From: Candidatus Zhuqueibacterota bacterium
GTDB lineage: Bacteria > Electryoneota > RPQS01
NCBI GenBank assembly: GCA_003818605.1
Contig: RPQS01000023.1
Coordinates: 321-64,320 of the forward strand
Length of the DNA stretch: 64,000 bases
Direction: 5' to 3'
This document shows positions 29,286 to 38,193 of the stretch, in pieces; the first letter of the stretch is position 1; each line of letters starts with the position of its first letter. The notes under the pieces are model-generated. The model worked only from the letters and a program-made list of their open reading frames with translations. It did not search any database and was not told the DNA's origin. Position numbers and translations under genes: made by a program.

Positions 29286-29671
29286 CGTTCGAATTATAAT
29301 ACAGCGATGTAACACATCGGCGTACTCGCTGTTATTTATTAAGAATGTACAAATAATAGAATATTTTGTCAAGTTAACGTGCAGAACCGTCCGCTATGTC
29401 AATGTGCATTGCTATAACACGAAACAGATTGGCACAGAGTTTCACGCATCCCTTTTGCTGCGCTTTTGAATGCTCGCAGTTGTTTAACAAAGCCGAAGCG
29501 ATGTGGGCTCCTTTCTGTGCATCGTTAGAACAAATAGTACACAATGCGTTACAGATTTAGTGTGTTGTTTGAGGTCGCAAGTTACGGATCTTACGCTGCC
29601 ATTTGCTTGGATGATGGTAATGAAGTTGTCCGCGAATGCCTACCCCTGAATCACTCTGCTTCGCGACCACC

Positions 29672-29718
29672 GATGCCCTATTAGCCGTCGCTATGATGGT
29701 GATGGCACCGAAGGTGCG
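29672..29718. repeat. approximately 46-nt repeat unit, copy A
   Basis: GATGCCCTATTAGCCGTCGCTATGATGGTGATGGCACCGAAGGTGCG. Contains the hairpin GCACC-GAA-GGTGC. Confidence 0.7.
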
Positions 29719-29754
29719 TTAGTCTCGTGCGCTGTGCGCCGCTTCGCAGCATCT

Positions 29755-29800
29755 GATGCCTTACGGCCGTCGCTATAATGGTGATGGCACCGAAGGTGCG
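29755..29800. repeat. approximately 46-nt repeat unit, copy B; 43 nt downstream of the DUF262/DUF1524 gene stop on the minus strand
   Basis: GATGCCTTACGGCCGTCGCTATAATGGTGATGGCACCGAAGGTGCG. The last 34 nt (GCCGTCGCTAT-R-ATGGTGATGGCACCGAAGGTGCG) are identical to copy A except one position. Confidence 0.7.
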
Positions 29801-29842
29801 AATGCCCAAAGGTTCGGTACTTGTACGCACAACCCTTCTGTG

Positions 29843-31591
29843 CTAATCCTGAGTTCGAGACGGCGCTTCAAATTCGCTTTCGTTGAATCCAAGCTTTTTG
29901 GCTACCTTCTCGACGATCTTCGCGGCCCGGTCACGCATGAAACTTCTGTACATGTTGTAGTTCAGTTGCGATCGATCTATGCACGCTCTGGCAAGCTCGC
30001 CGTCGTTCACGTCCTCGAAGTATTCCTTGGGGTGCTGATTGCTCTTGTTCTGGTTCTTCCCCTTCGCAAGAATCCAGTAATTAGCAAAGTGATTGATCTC
30101 TTCCTCAGAGAATCGATCCATTTCTCTCAGCTTCGAGCGAGGAAAGATATGATCGATCTCGGGGGCGTTGGCCCAAAAATGTGTCTTGGCGCCCGACAAT
30201 TGCTGGACCAGCGATAGCGCGAGCGCTGGGTTGCGGTTAAGTAGATCATCATTAATTCCCGTTACTCGTTCCCAGTATCTTGAGTATTCTATCGCTTTCT
30301 CCAAGGGAAAGATGGGATCAGCCCGACTCGCTAGCGGCTTCAGAGCTTCATTTATGAATTTGTTAAGCCTACTGTCAGCGTAACGTGAGAACGGCGCACA
30401 GAAGCCAAATAGATAGAGCGCTTTCCTGAATGGTACAGTTCCATTGTTCGGCACAGTATGTCCGGTCGTGTTCGCCAGGTAGTAGACGAAGGGGACCAGA
30501 GTGTGATACCCCTTAAGGAGGCGACTGCTCACACACCAGCATTGTGTTTGAACAAAGTCGACAGATGACTGAATCGCTCTGCACACCCGATCGTAGTTCT
30601 TCTTGATCGCATCGATATTGTCTTTATGCCTTAGCTTGTCCACGTCAAATTTTGTACCCAGGCCCGCCACGGCAAACAAGCATCTCATCACAAAGTCGGT
30701 ATCAAGCTGAAATGAATTCCCTTCGTTGATTTTCTTGACGAACTCTGGAAGTGCAACGGCTGACTCGCGCCATGAAAGCTTCAGCATGCTGAAAATCAGA
30801 TCCGAGCGATTGAGCGGTGTTCCCTGTCGGTTGATACGAACGAACACCTCCAATACATCGGATTCACTCTTTCGCTCAGGTTTATCACTAGGGAGATTCT
30901 CATCTATGACAGACGCTTTTAGTATGTTCTCGTCTTTGCTAAGAGCATCGTCCATCATCTGAATGTTCGCTCGCAGTCGAAAGACGTCATCATCGCCAAG
31001 CGCTAGGTCGCTCTTCATCTTGCTGATCAGTCGCTCCTTGCTAATGGCGCCCAGTGTATAAATGTCCATAACTTTCAGAAACAATACCTTCCTATCATTC
31101 GCCTCCTCATCATCAGAGTCCGCATGAACATCGACTTGGGTCTGCACCCTTGCTTTCTCTCGCGATTCTGCATTCTTTTGCTGTGCCTCTGCGTCTGCCA
31201 GGAAACGGAAAGAGTACTTCACCTCACGAAAGTCCTTGCCAGGCTTGCCGCTCAAGACATCGAAGTAAAGGTGTCTCCCATTATGTGTACCGAACAGCCC
31301 GATGTACAAGGATTGGAGGCGTTGCTGGCCGTCAAGGACAATTCGCAGCCGCTTGTTCTCGGTATTGCTGTGGAAAACATACGAGGTGTCATCTCTGTAA
31401 TCCTGATCGAACGTGCGGTACTGTATGTCGTCATATGTCTCCCATTCGAGAATGATTCCGATCGGATATGAACGCATCACGGAATCAAGAAGCATTTGGA
31501 CTTTGTCTTCAGTCCATACAAAGTCGCGCTGAATAGCCGGGAGGACTACTTCGTTGTTCTTGATTTGGTTCAGAATCGAAAAGATGCTCAT
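29843..31591 (-). CDS. GmrSD-like type IV restriction enzyme (N-terminal DUF262 ParB-like NTPase, C-terminal DUF1524 HNH-like nuclease)
   Basis: VLPAIQRDFVWTEDKVQMLLDSVMRSYPIGIIL (DUF262 signature) and EIDHIFPRS...ANYWILAKGKNQNKSN (DUF1524 His-Me finger signature). Confidence 0.85.
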   Translation of the reverse strand: MSIFSILNQIKNNEVVLPAIQRDFVWTEDKVQMLLDSVMRSYPIGIILEWETYDDIQYRTFDQDYRDDTSYVFHSNTENKRLRIVLDGQQRLQSLYIGLFGTHNGRHLYFDVLSGKPGKDFREVKYSFRFLADAEAQQKNAESREKARVQTQVDVHADSDDEEANDRKVLFLKVMDIYTLGAISKERLISKMKSDLALGDDDVFRLRANIQMMDDALSKDENILKASVIDENLPSDKPERKSESDVLEVFVRINRQGTPLNRSDLIFSMLKLSWRESAVALPEFVKKINEGNSFQLDTDFVMRCLFAVAGLGTKFDVDKLRHKDNIDAIKKNYDRVCRAIQSSVDFVQTQCWCVSSRLLKGYHTLVPFVYYLANTTGHTVPNNGTVPFRKALYLFGFCAPFSRYADSRLNKFINEALKPLASRADPIFPLEKAIEYSRYWERVTGINDDLLNRNPALALSLVQQLSGAKTHFWANAPEIDHIFPRSKLREMDRFSEEEINHFANYWILAKGKNQNKSNQHPKEYFEDVNDGELARACIDRSQLNYNMYRSFMRDRAAKIVEKVAKKLGFNESEFEAPSRTQD

Positions 31592-31816
31592 GATCGCTCC
31601 GCAGATGAAGTTTCATGTTGAGAGGTTTGGCGTCGTAGCGTGACTGCCGTTAGTAATGCTCCGAAATTGCTTTATGGCATGTTTCAGCCCAGCACTGAAG
31701 ACGGTCTCGCGGATGTTGTCATCCTCTTGCACGAGTAGCGCGCAGCACGAACCTTTTTCTCATCACGCGGGAGTCGTTGTCATCTTTGCTATGATAGTTA
31801 TGGGCGGTGCAGCGTG

Positions 31817-31860
31817 TGCCCTCTGCTATCGTCGTCGCTATGGTGCTGATGAAGGTACGA
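31817..31860. repeat. diverged third copy of the approximately 46-nt repeat; about 50 nt downstream of the 1478-aa gene stop
   Basis: TGCCCTCTGCTATCGTCGTCGCTATGGTGCTGATGAAGGTACGA aligns with copies A and B through TGCCCT, CGTCGCTATG, GTGxTGATG and AAGGTxCG. Confidence 0.5.
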
Positions 31861-31907
31861 GTGGGCAGCAGTGATCGGAAATACGGGTTGACATGGAGTC
31901 CACGGCA

Positions 31908-34900
31908 TCATACCCTGTTGTCTTTTCGTGTCCGCCGATTCGCTGACTTACCTGATACTCTTGTGGGCACAGATAGTTGTTGCTCACCATCCCGTGTTCG
32001 CAGAAGTGCCCAACGTTCGCCTTGAATGGTGCCATCCTTCAAAGAATAGATTCCACTCATCTCTATTCTGCCTGGCCACTTCTCGTGTTGTCCAGTAACA
32101 ATCTCCTTTCCACCAAACATTACCCAGACGAGCGCATACCCAGTCCGATCGAGGAAATCAATCAGAATGTCTTTTCTTGCCAGTAAGCAGCTTCTCCCAA
32201 ATCCAATTCCAGACGGATCCTTGAAGACAATATCGCCGGAACCACTGACAAACCTGCCGTCCTCCCCGTTCCACAAGAGGCTCATGTTATCGATAAGCCA
32301 TTTACATGGAATGTAAATGTGAAATCCTGCTTCAGTAGAGCAGTCGTAGCCACCACTTTCATTGCTATAGGTTTCTGTAGTCTGAAGAATCGGGCATAGC
32401 CGATTAGAGTCCGGCAAATCCTCCCACCCTTGGTGTTCATAATATTCAGTCTGGTAGAAGTCAGCGCATGAAGACCAGAAGAACTCACCCAAATAGACGT
32501 TGTGATACTCGGACGGACTGTCCAATACTGGTCCCCAAAACGTAGATTTTGTCTTCGCCCATTTGACAAATTTGTCAACATCATTTTTGTGAACGATCCT
32601 ACTCAAAATATGATACCACAGGCTCCGTTGTTCTCTTCCACGCATCCTCGCCTCTTCAAGCTCAGCGTCTTGCCAGCCTGGTGATCCGTACAGGCACAAC
32701 CACTGATTGCTATCGTGTGGGTCGCTAACTTCGATAAAGGACTCTACGCGTGGGCTATTATCACCAAGGTGGATCCAAGTTGCATCGTCAAGTTCTGGCC
32801 GCCAGTCAGAAAAGCTGTCGGGCATCCACCAAAGAGTGACGTCATCGTCTTCGTTAAGAGGTTTTCCCCTCTTAAGCACATGAGATGGATCAATGTCGCG
32901 ACCGTAGGTCAGTTGCCAGGGACCCTGGTACTCCTTTTGGGAACTTCCAAAGTGATCACCAATGTACTCGAAGTTGTCCGAAATGCGCGCAAGGATTTCT
33001 CTCAATGCAATCCATTGATATTTCTTGCCGATGCGTTCAACTTTATTTGCTTCGCGTCTCATAGACATTTGGTCGACCTGATCATCGAACCACCCGAACC
33101 GATCAGATGTCCACCCGAGATCAAGAACTCGTTTTATAACGAAACGCTGAATCTGTGAGAGGTCAAAGTAATTTGGCTCTTCATGTACAAGTTTAGATCC
33201 CAATGACATCCCTGATCCAATTATCCACTGATCGAACTTTTTGGAGATTTTTTGCGTATGCCTCAAAATCTTAACAGGGGTTCCGAGACGGCTCGCCGAC
33301 CAATTGGACATGTGGCCATTTGTACCGATCACGTACCTTGCGAAATCCCCAAAATCCATTACTGATCCATAGATTCCAAAAAAGCCCGGTGTCATTTTGC
33401 CGTTCTTTTCATGATCCTTCTTGATCGCTTCAATATTCTGTTCGCTGGGAATGGAAGGCCATTCGCTTTGATAAGGTGGATAGATAAGCAGCGGACAGAT
33501 ATCCAGATCCGGATTCACTTCGAAAGCTCTTTCCACAATTCCGCGAGCATAGTCACGCAGGAGAATGCATGGTGGTGGTGTTCCTTTCTCGAAAATCTGC
33601 TTGTACACATACACTGCGATGTTCTGCACCTCCACATTTTGCGGCCTACGCATGCAGCATCCGTAAGCAACAGCGTACAGCCGTTCAGAAACATATGGAT
33701 CGTTAACATTCTCAAACCGCTCTAAAAGGGGTTGAACGAGATCGAGCCGCGGCGTAAGCAGGCAGACCAGTGCTTTTGTTGCCTTATCGCGCAGGAATCT
33801 GTTCGATGATGTCAAAAACCAAGACAGAGTGGTTGCACCGAGAAATATAGACTCTTTGGACAGATGACTTTGATCCCGATCTGACCAAGCCCAACGAAGG
33901 AGTCGGTCAACTGGCGACTGAGTATCGTATAAGTGATGAATCGGAATTGTCCATGATCCATCTCGTTCTGCCATTTGCCTACTCACAAGACGATCATGCA
34001 GGAACTCCGCATTCAGGGGATGTTTTGGAACCACCGACAGCGTCAGGAGCGCCTTGCGCATATCTACTGAATCCTGCCTTGTGCCAAACTTACTAATGAT
34101 CCGCAGAGTCTCGTTAGTAACACTGCCTGGTGCGCGCGTCACAAGGCTATGAACAAGTGACGAGACAACCTTCCACTGCCTTGCACTAAGTGGAGCCAAT
34201 GCGATGAGATCTCGTCCCGTCCTTTCAGGAACCTGTGCTGAGAGGGCGTCAAGAAGTCCAGAGTTTCTATAGCACCAATTAGGATCAGTTACCATCGAAC
34301 CAAGCGTCATATCCTTAGCAAAGGACGATTTAGGATTATTTGCGTCCAAATGTTGATCGAGTAGACGGCTCGCTATAAGGTGATCTGCGAGCCGTTCGTA
34401 TGTGAAGCGCACGATATCAACGTGCTTGCCATCATTGTCTATTTTGTCCTCACTCAGCAGACCTTCAGCAATCAACTGGGTAAAAAGTGATTTGCTGTGC
34501 CCTAAACTCTGCAGTAAGCTAGCAAGGGCGGATTTTGCATCATCTCTTACCACCCACCGTCGCCCGTGCTCAATCATGATTGAAACCAATGCGTCAACCG
34601 CGCGGCGTACAATATTCTCTTTTTCGTCAAAATCGAGCCTGTCCGGACGTGCAAGGACGTCGTTCAGTTTATCAACGAAGAAGAACAGCAATTTCGTAAA
34701 GCCCTCAACACCCGACGGCATCGTTTCGAGCCCGGCCTTGTTAAGAGTCTCGCAAAAGAGCTTGAGGTAAAGTGGATTCGAGAATTCCGGGTTTAGGACG
34801 GGCACACTCGATGGCATAATCTTGTAATGGGCATAGAATACATCTGTCGCATCGAACTCAATGCCGGAGAATCCATAATGTGTAACGCACAGCAGCCCGT

Positions 34901-36344
34901 TCTTACGCAGATGCTCCGGAACGACTTCGTCGGCGTAGCCTGACCGAATACTCGTAGCTACCGTAACATGAGGATAATGTGCGATCTGTGCCAGAAAACT
35001 GCCCATGTATTTATGCCACATCATTCTGTTTTCGGGTCCCGGCTCGTTCAGAGCATCGACGAGAATCATGGCACGCGTTCCATTAGCGATCGCATATGTC
35101 TCGAGTGCCCCTAAGAACTCATCCGTGGATCCTGAGTAGTCAAGTAACTGGAGAGCGGTTGTCCAAGGATTCGTTTGATATGCGAATTGTTGTCCGAGAA
35201 GGAGGATCGTGGGTATGCCCTCTCTCATCCGCCGATCCGCGACATCACAAAGTAAATGCGTCTTGCCTGTACCAGCCTCTCCGAGAAGGCATAGAACTCT
35301 CTGGTTTACCGCGCGACTACTATCGCTGGATGCAAGCTCGTAGATGTCATCAGCTGCATTCGCCAAAGATGACAGGAGTTGGCGTCCGTATCCATAATCA
35401 AGCTTCTTGGTACTGTCTTCAGTATCTTTCTGACTCCCCATATCTAAGTCCGTAATTGTACGGTGCAGTTGCCATCCAGTGTCACTAACGGTTTCGGCCT
35501 TGCTGGCAATATCTTCCCAAGGTGATTGGACAAGGTCCGGCTTTATTACAGCCTCAAGTAATTTTGTCAGAGTCTGGCATGCGGACACAAGATCGGCAAA
35601 CTCTTTCGTTCCGGCTAAGGGGTTCGTATGATAACCATTAGTCACATCGTACGATGCTTTCCGGAACTTCTTGAAACTACGTTCAAGCGATTTCAAGTAA
35701 ACAGGTGTCTTCCCGAGGGCATCGAAAACTTCAGTGATTGAAACATTGACGTTTAGCTCTGGTGTATATCGCGGTCCAACATCTACCTTGACTGCATTCA
35801 AGCGCCGGCGAAACCATTCGTCCGAGAAAAGCTCTTTGTCGAACCAGAGGCGCGCTTTTCCGACATGAACTGGTAGTGCAAGACGAGAAAGAATCTCACT
35901 CTGCCCCCAGTAATGGAATTTCACCACCATTTTTTTGTCGCACGCCCAGCCTTCCCACTTTTGGACGTGATCGTTCCATCGCTCCATAAACGATCTGGCG
36001 CGCGAAGTGCGTGCGTCCGGCCGATCTACAGGCAGACAGATGCAGTAATCTGTCAAATTAGGGTGCTTATCAAGTGCTGTCTTCACTGATTCATCGATTT
36101 GACTCCACCTACCGTTGTCAGGGGGAGTTTCGAAGAATTTGGCTTGCCAGGCTTTTTCCGCACCATCCTGTAAAAGTGCGTATCCCTCAACTCCACCATC
36201 GGGAGCCCCAACGCGCACAAAGTTCGTTCCTGCAGGGAATGGTTCCAGAGATGCAAGCTGACAGCAAAGCTCCTCGAAAGCGGTTTGCTGTGAGCCACGT
36301 AGTGGGCGGAGGTGGGACCAGTTTAGCGCATTTTGTAAAGACAT
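31908..36344 (-). CDS. 1478-aa STAND/NACHT-type P-loop NTPase with an N-terminal Mrr-like PD-(D/E)xK nuclease domain (Avs/bNACHT-like antiviral protein)
   Basis: The N-terminus FEELCCQLA...VGAPDGGVEGY...AWQAKFF fits the Mrr-cat pattern (FE..., D-GG-h-E, QxK). Walker A is LLGEAGTGKTHLL and Walker B is AMILVDALNE. This is followed by NPLYLKLFCE, typical of NACHT helical modules. About 900 aa of C-terminal region remain unassigned. Confidence 0.7.
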   Translation of the reverse strand: MSLQNALNWSHLRPLRGSQQTAFEELCCQLASLEPFPAGTNFVRVGAPDGGVEGYALLQDGAEKAWQAKFFETPPDNGRWSQIDESVKTALDKHPNLTDYCICLPVDRPDARTSRARSFMERWNDHVQKWEGWACDKKMVVKFHYWGQSEILSRLALPVHVGKARLWFDKELFSDEWFRRRLNAVKVDVGPRYTPELNVNVSITEVFDALGKTPVYLKSLERSFKKFRKASYDVTNGYHTNPLAGTKEFADLVSACQTLTKLLEAVIKPDLVQSPWEDIASKAETVSDTGWQLHRTITDLDMGSQKDTEDSTKKLDYGYGRQLLSSLANAADDIYELASSDSSRAVNQRVLCLLGEAGTGKTHLLCDVADRRMREGIPTILLLGQQFAYQTNPWTTALQLLDYSGSTDEFLGALETYAIANGTRAMILVDALNEPGPENRMMWHKYMGSFLAQIAHYPHVTVATSIRSGYADEVVPEHLRKNGLLCVTHYGFSGIEFDATDVFYAHYKIMPSSVPVLNPEFSNPLYLKLFCETLNKAGLETMPSGVEGFTKLLFFFVDKLNDVLARPDRLDFDEKENIVRRAVDALVSIMIEHGRRWVVRDDAKSALASLLQSLGHSKSLFTQLIAEGLLSEDKIDNDGKHVDIVRFTYERLADHLIASRLLDQHLDANNPKSSFAKDMTLGSMVTDPNWCYRNSGLLDALSAQVPERTGRDLIALAPLSARQWKVVSSLVHSLVTRAPGSVTNETLRIISKFGTRQDSVDMRKALLTLSVVPKHPLNAEFLHDRLVSRQMAERDGSWTIPIHHLYDTQSPVDRLLRWAWSDRDQSHLSKESIFLGATTLSWFLTSSNRFLRDKATKALVCLLTPRLDLVQPLLERFENVNDPYVSERLYAVAYGCCMRRPQNVEVQNIAVYVYKQIFEKGTPPPCILLRDYARGIVERAFEVNPDLDICPLLIYPPYQSEWPSIPSEQNIEAIKKDHEKNGKMTPGFFGIYGSVMDFGDFARYVIGTNGHMSNWSASRLGTPVKILRHTQKISKKFDQWIIGSGMSLGSKLVHEEPNYFDLSQIQRFVIKRVLDLGWTSDRFGWFDDQVDQMSMRREANKVERIGKKYQWIALREILARISDNFEYIGDHFGSSQKEYQGPWQLTYGRDIDPSHVLKRGKPLNEDDDVTLWWMPDSFSDWRPELDDATWIHLGDNSPRVESFIEVSDPHDSNQWLCLYGSPGWQDAELEEARMRGREQRSLWYHILSRIVHKNDVDKFVKWAKTKSTFWGPVLDSPSEYHNVYLGEFFWSSCADFYQTEYYEHQGWEDLPDSNRLCPILQTTETYSNESGGYDCSTEAGFHIYIPCKWLIDNMSLLWNGEDGRFVSGSGDIVFKDPSGIGFGRSCLLARKDILIDFLDRTGYALVWVMFGGKEIVTGQHEKWPGRIEMSGIYSLKDGTIQGERWALLRTRDGEQQLSVPTRVSGKSANRRTRKDNRV

Positions 36345-36481
36345 TTCTTCTATGTCAGTCCTGTGAAACGGTATTATTTCTTTGTCTTGGATCGTCGGTC
36401 ATGAGCAAACACTTTGTCGAAGCGCATAAGCAAGTTTGGTTTCATACCGATCTCCGCTGAGCTTATCTATTGTACGATGTG

Positions 36482-37228
36482 TTACGCATTCGCACCGCCT
36501 ACATTAGCTTCAGTACCTCGCTGTGTGCGAGTCGGACCATGTGCGTACGTATTAATCAGTTTGCACATGCCTTTCCAGTCGTGTGCCTCACGCCTTGAAA
36601 ACTCTTCTTGAAAGCGTCCAATATCGTCATCGTGCTCTACCATCCAGTAATACATTAAGTGCCCTTGGTAACGCATCTTTCTCTCCCGCAATTCGGTAAG
36701 ACCCTGATTTAGGCGTGGAGCCAAAGGGGCCAATTCGTCCAGCACGATTCGACAATGTCCCGGCTTCAGTCTTGGTTCATTGACTTCGTTGTCGAGGTAG
36801 GCACTGACAAAAGCATTGCCGTATACCATATTTTTCTGCATTACCTGAAACCCTTGCCGTTCTTCGTAACGAAAATGACCAAATGCAATAGAAGTACTAA
36901 CCATGATGTCATGGCGGATCATTTTTCGGCTCAATGTGGCGACTATGTCCAACAATGGCTGTACCTCTTGGAGTGCGTTTTCGGCATGAGTGTTATTCAG
37001 CCGTAAGAACAAGATGCCACAGTCGGAGAAAAACAGACCATTCATCGCTGGCCCTCCCGCAAGCTCTCGCCGATACCGATCCGCATGGTCTCTTAGTACA
37101 TCATAGCCATATTGGTAAAAGTGATCTAGTGCATCCAAAGCTTTCTTCTTATCTTTCATCATCGCCTTGAAACCCGAGATGTCCAAGTAAGCAACCCATG
37201 TGTTGCCGTCGTAGGTTTCGATTTGCAT
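36482..37228 (-). CDS. 248-aa protein with a class III nucleotidyl-cyclase-like core (divergent); function unknown
   Basis: VAYLDISGFKAMM resembles the F-x-D-I-x-G-F-T metal-Asp strand. LFFSDCGILF resembles the second (G/S)D strand. IAFGHFRY...VYGNAFVSAYLDNE resembles the G-x-VN-x-A-x-R-x-E segment, but the Asn and Arg positions are substituted. GGAG lies 7 nt upstream of the ATG. Confidence 0.5.
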   Translation of the reverse strand: MQIETYDGNTWVAYLDISGFKAMMKDKKKALDALDHFYQYGYDVLRDHADRYRRELAGGPAMNGLFFSDCGILFLRLNNTHAENALQEVQPLLDIVATLSRKMIRHDIMVSTSIAFGHFRYEERQGFQVMQKNMVYGNAFVSAYLDNEVNEPRLKPGHCRIVLDELAPLAPRLNQGLTELRERKMRYQGHLMYYWMVEHDDDIGRFQEEFSRREAHDWKGMCKLINTYAHGPTRTQRGTEANVGGANA

Positions 37229-37370
37229 GTGAAGCTCCGATAGGCTGTCTTATCTCACGCGCGGTGTGCCGCCGCTGGATCGGCGGGAGGGGGATTGACG
37301 ATGGTTTGGTAGGAGTAGCCGGTGCGGATGTTCGCTTCTTCGGCAAGTCCTGAATTCGTGCGAAGCGGGT

Positions 37371-38186
37371 TCAATTAATACGCTCCACCGGCAGTAACTG
37401 CCCCTCTTCAATTAGTCTTCGGAAATGCATGTTGATTGACTTAGGCAAATCTCCACCCTTAATCATCACTCCAAACTCCATATTCAGAGACATAGCGTAT
37501 TCAGTCAAGTTGGCACTGGAAACAAGCGCAATGATATCATCAGCAACAGCGCACTTGGCGTGAAGAGAGCCGTGCCTGCCCACGCTGTCACGAGGTCGCC
37601 TGTCCAGTGGCCAAAAGAAGATTCTCGCTTTTTCAAGAAGCTCGCTACCAACTGCATCGGTCGCCTGGAAGTCCAGTTTACCTTCGCTTTCTTTGACCGA
37701 TTCCAATATCATAGTAACATCAACGCTGCGCTCTGTTGCCCGTAACAACGCCGACACGATTTGCGGAATCTTGTAGGCCGCAAAGGTCACAACAAGCACA
37801 GATGATTGGGCTCCCTCGATTAGGTCTAACAGTACCTGGTCCGTGCGGCGTAATCCATAATCAAGTCCCGGAGGACCCGTCCACACAAGCTCCATTACTT
37901 CGTCGGTAGTTAGCTTATGCCCTGTACTGAGAGCACCTCTGAGTGCCCAAGCCAATGACCTCGCTGAACAATTTTCTCTCAGGATGAATGCTGACTTAAG
38001 CAAATCGGCGACAGCCTGCCGCGCAGTTGTGGGGATAATTGTGCTTGCAAGAAGTGCGTACTCATTCTCAAGATGATCATCGTCCACTCCTTCAAGCTTA
38101 TCGCACAGCGCGACGACCATCGAAACAGGGAGCTGTTTGATAACAAGCCTCATGAGTCTGAAGAGGTCTTCAAGTTGTGTAGACAT
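37371..38186 (-). CDS. drmC: DISARM DrmC (phospholipase D-family nuclease)
   Basis: HKD motif GSLHAKCAVADDIIALVSSANLT. Sits directly after the DUF1998 gene. Confidence 0.85.
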   Translation of the reverse strand: MSTQLEDLFRLMRLVIKQLPVSMVVALCDKLEGVDDDHLENEYALLASTIIPTTARQAVADLLKSAFILRENCSARSLAWALRGALSTGHKLTTDEVMELVWTGPPGLDYGLRRTDQVLLDLIEGAQSSVLVVTFAAYKIPQIVSALLRATERSVDVTMILESVKESEGKLDFQATDAVGSELLEKARIFFWPLDRRPRDSVGRHGSLHAKCAVADDIIALVSSANLTEYAMSLNMEFGVMIKGGDLPKSINMHFRRLIEEGQLLPVERIN

Positions 38187-38193
38187 GCTTGGC

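Noticed and set aside
29672-29800. CRISPR array or type III toxin-antitoxin RNA repeat array at 29.67-29.80 kb.
   Set aside because: There are only two tandem units with an 83-nt period. No third regularly spaced copy, leader/cas context or adjacent small toxin gene is present.
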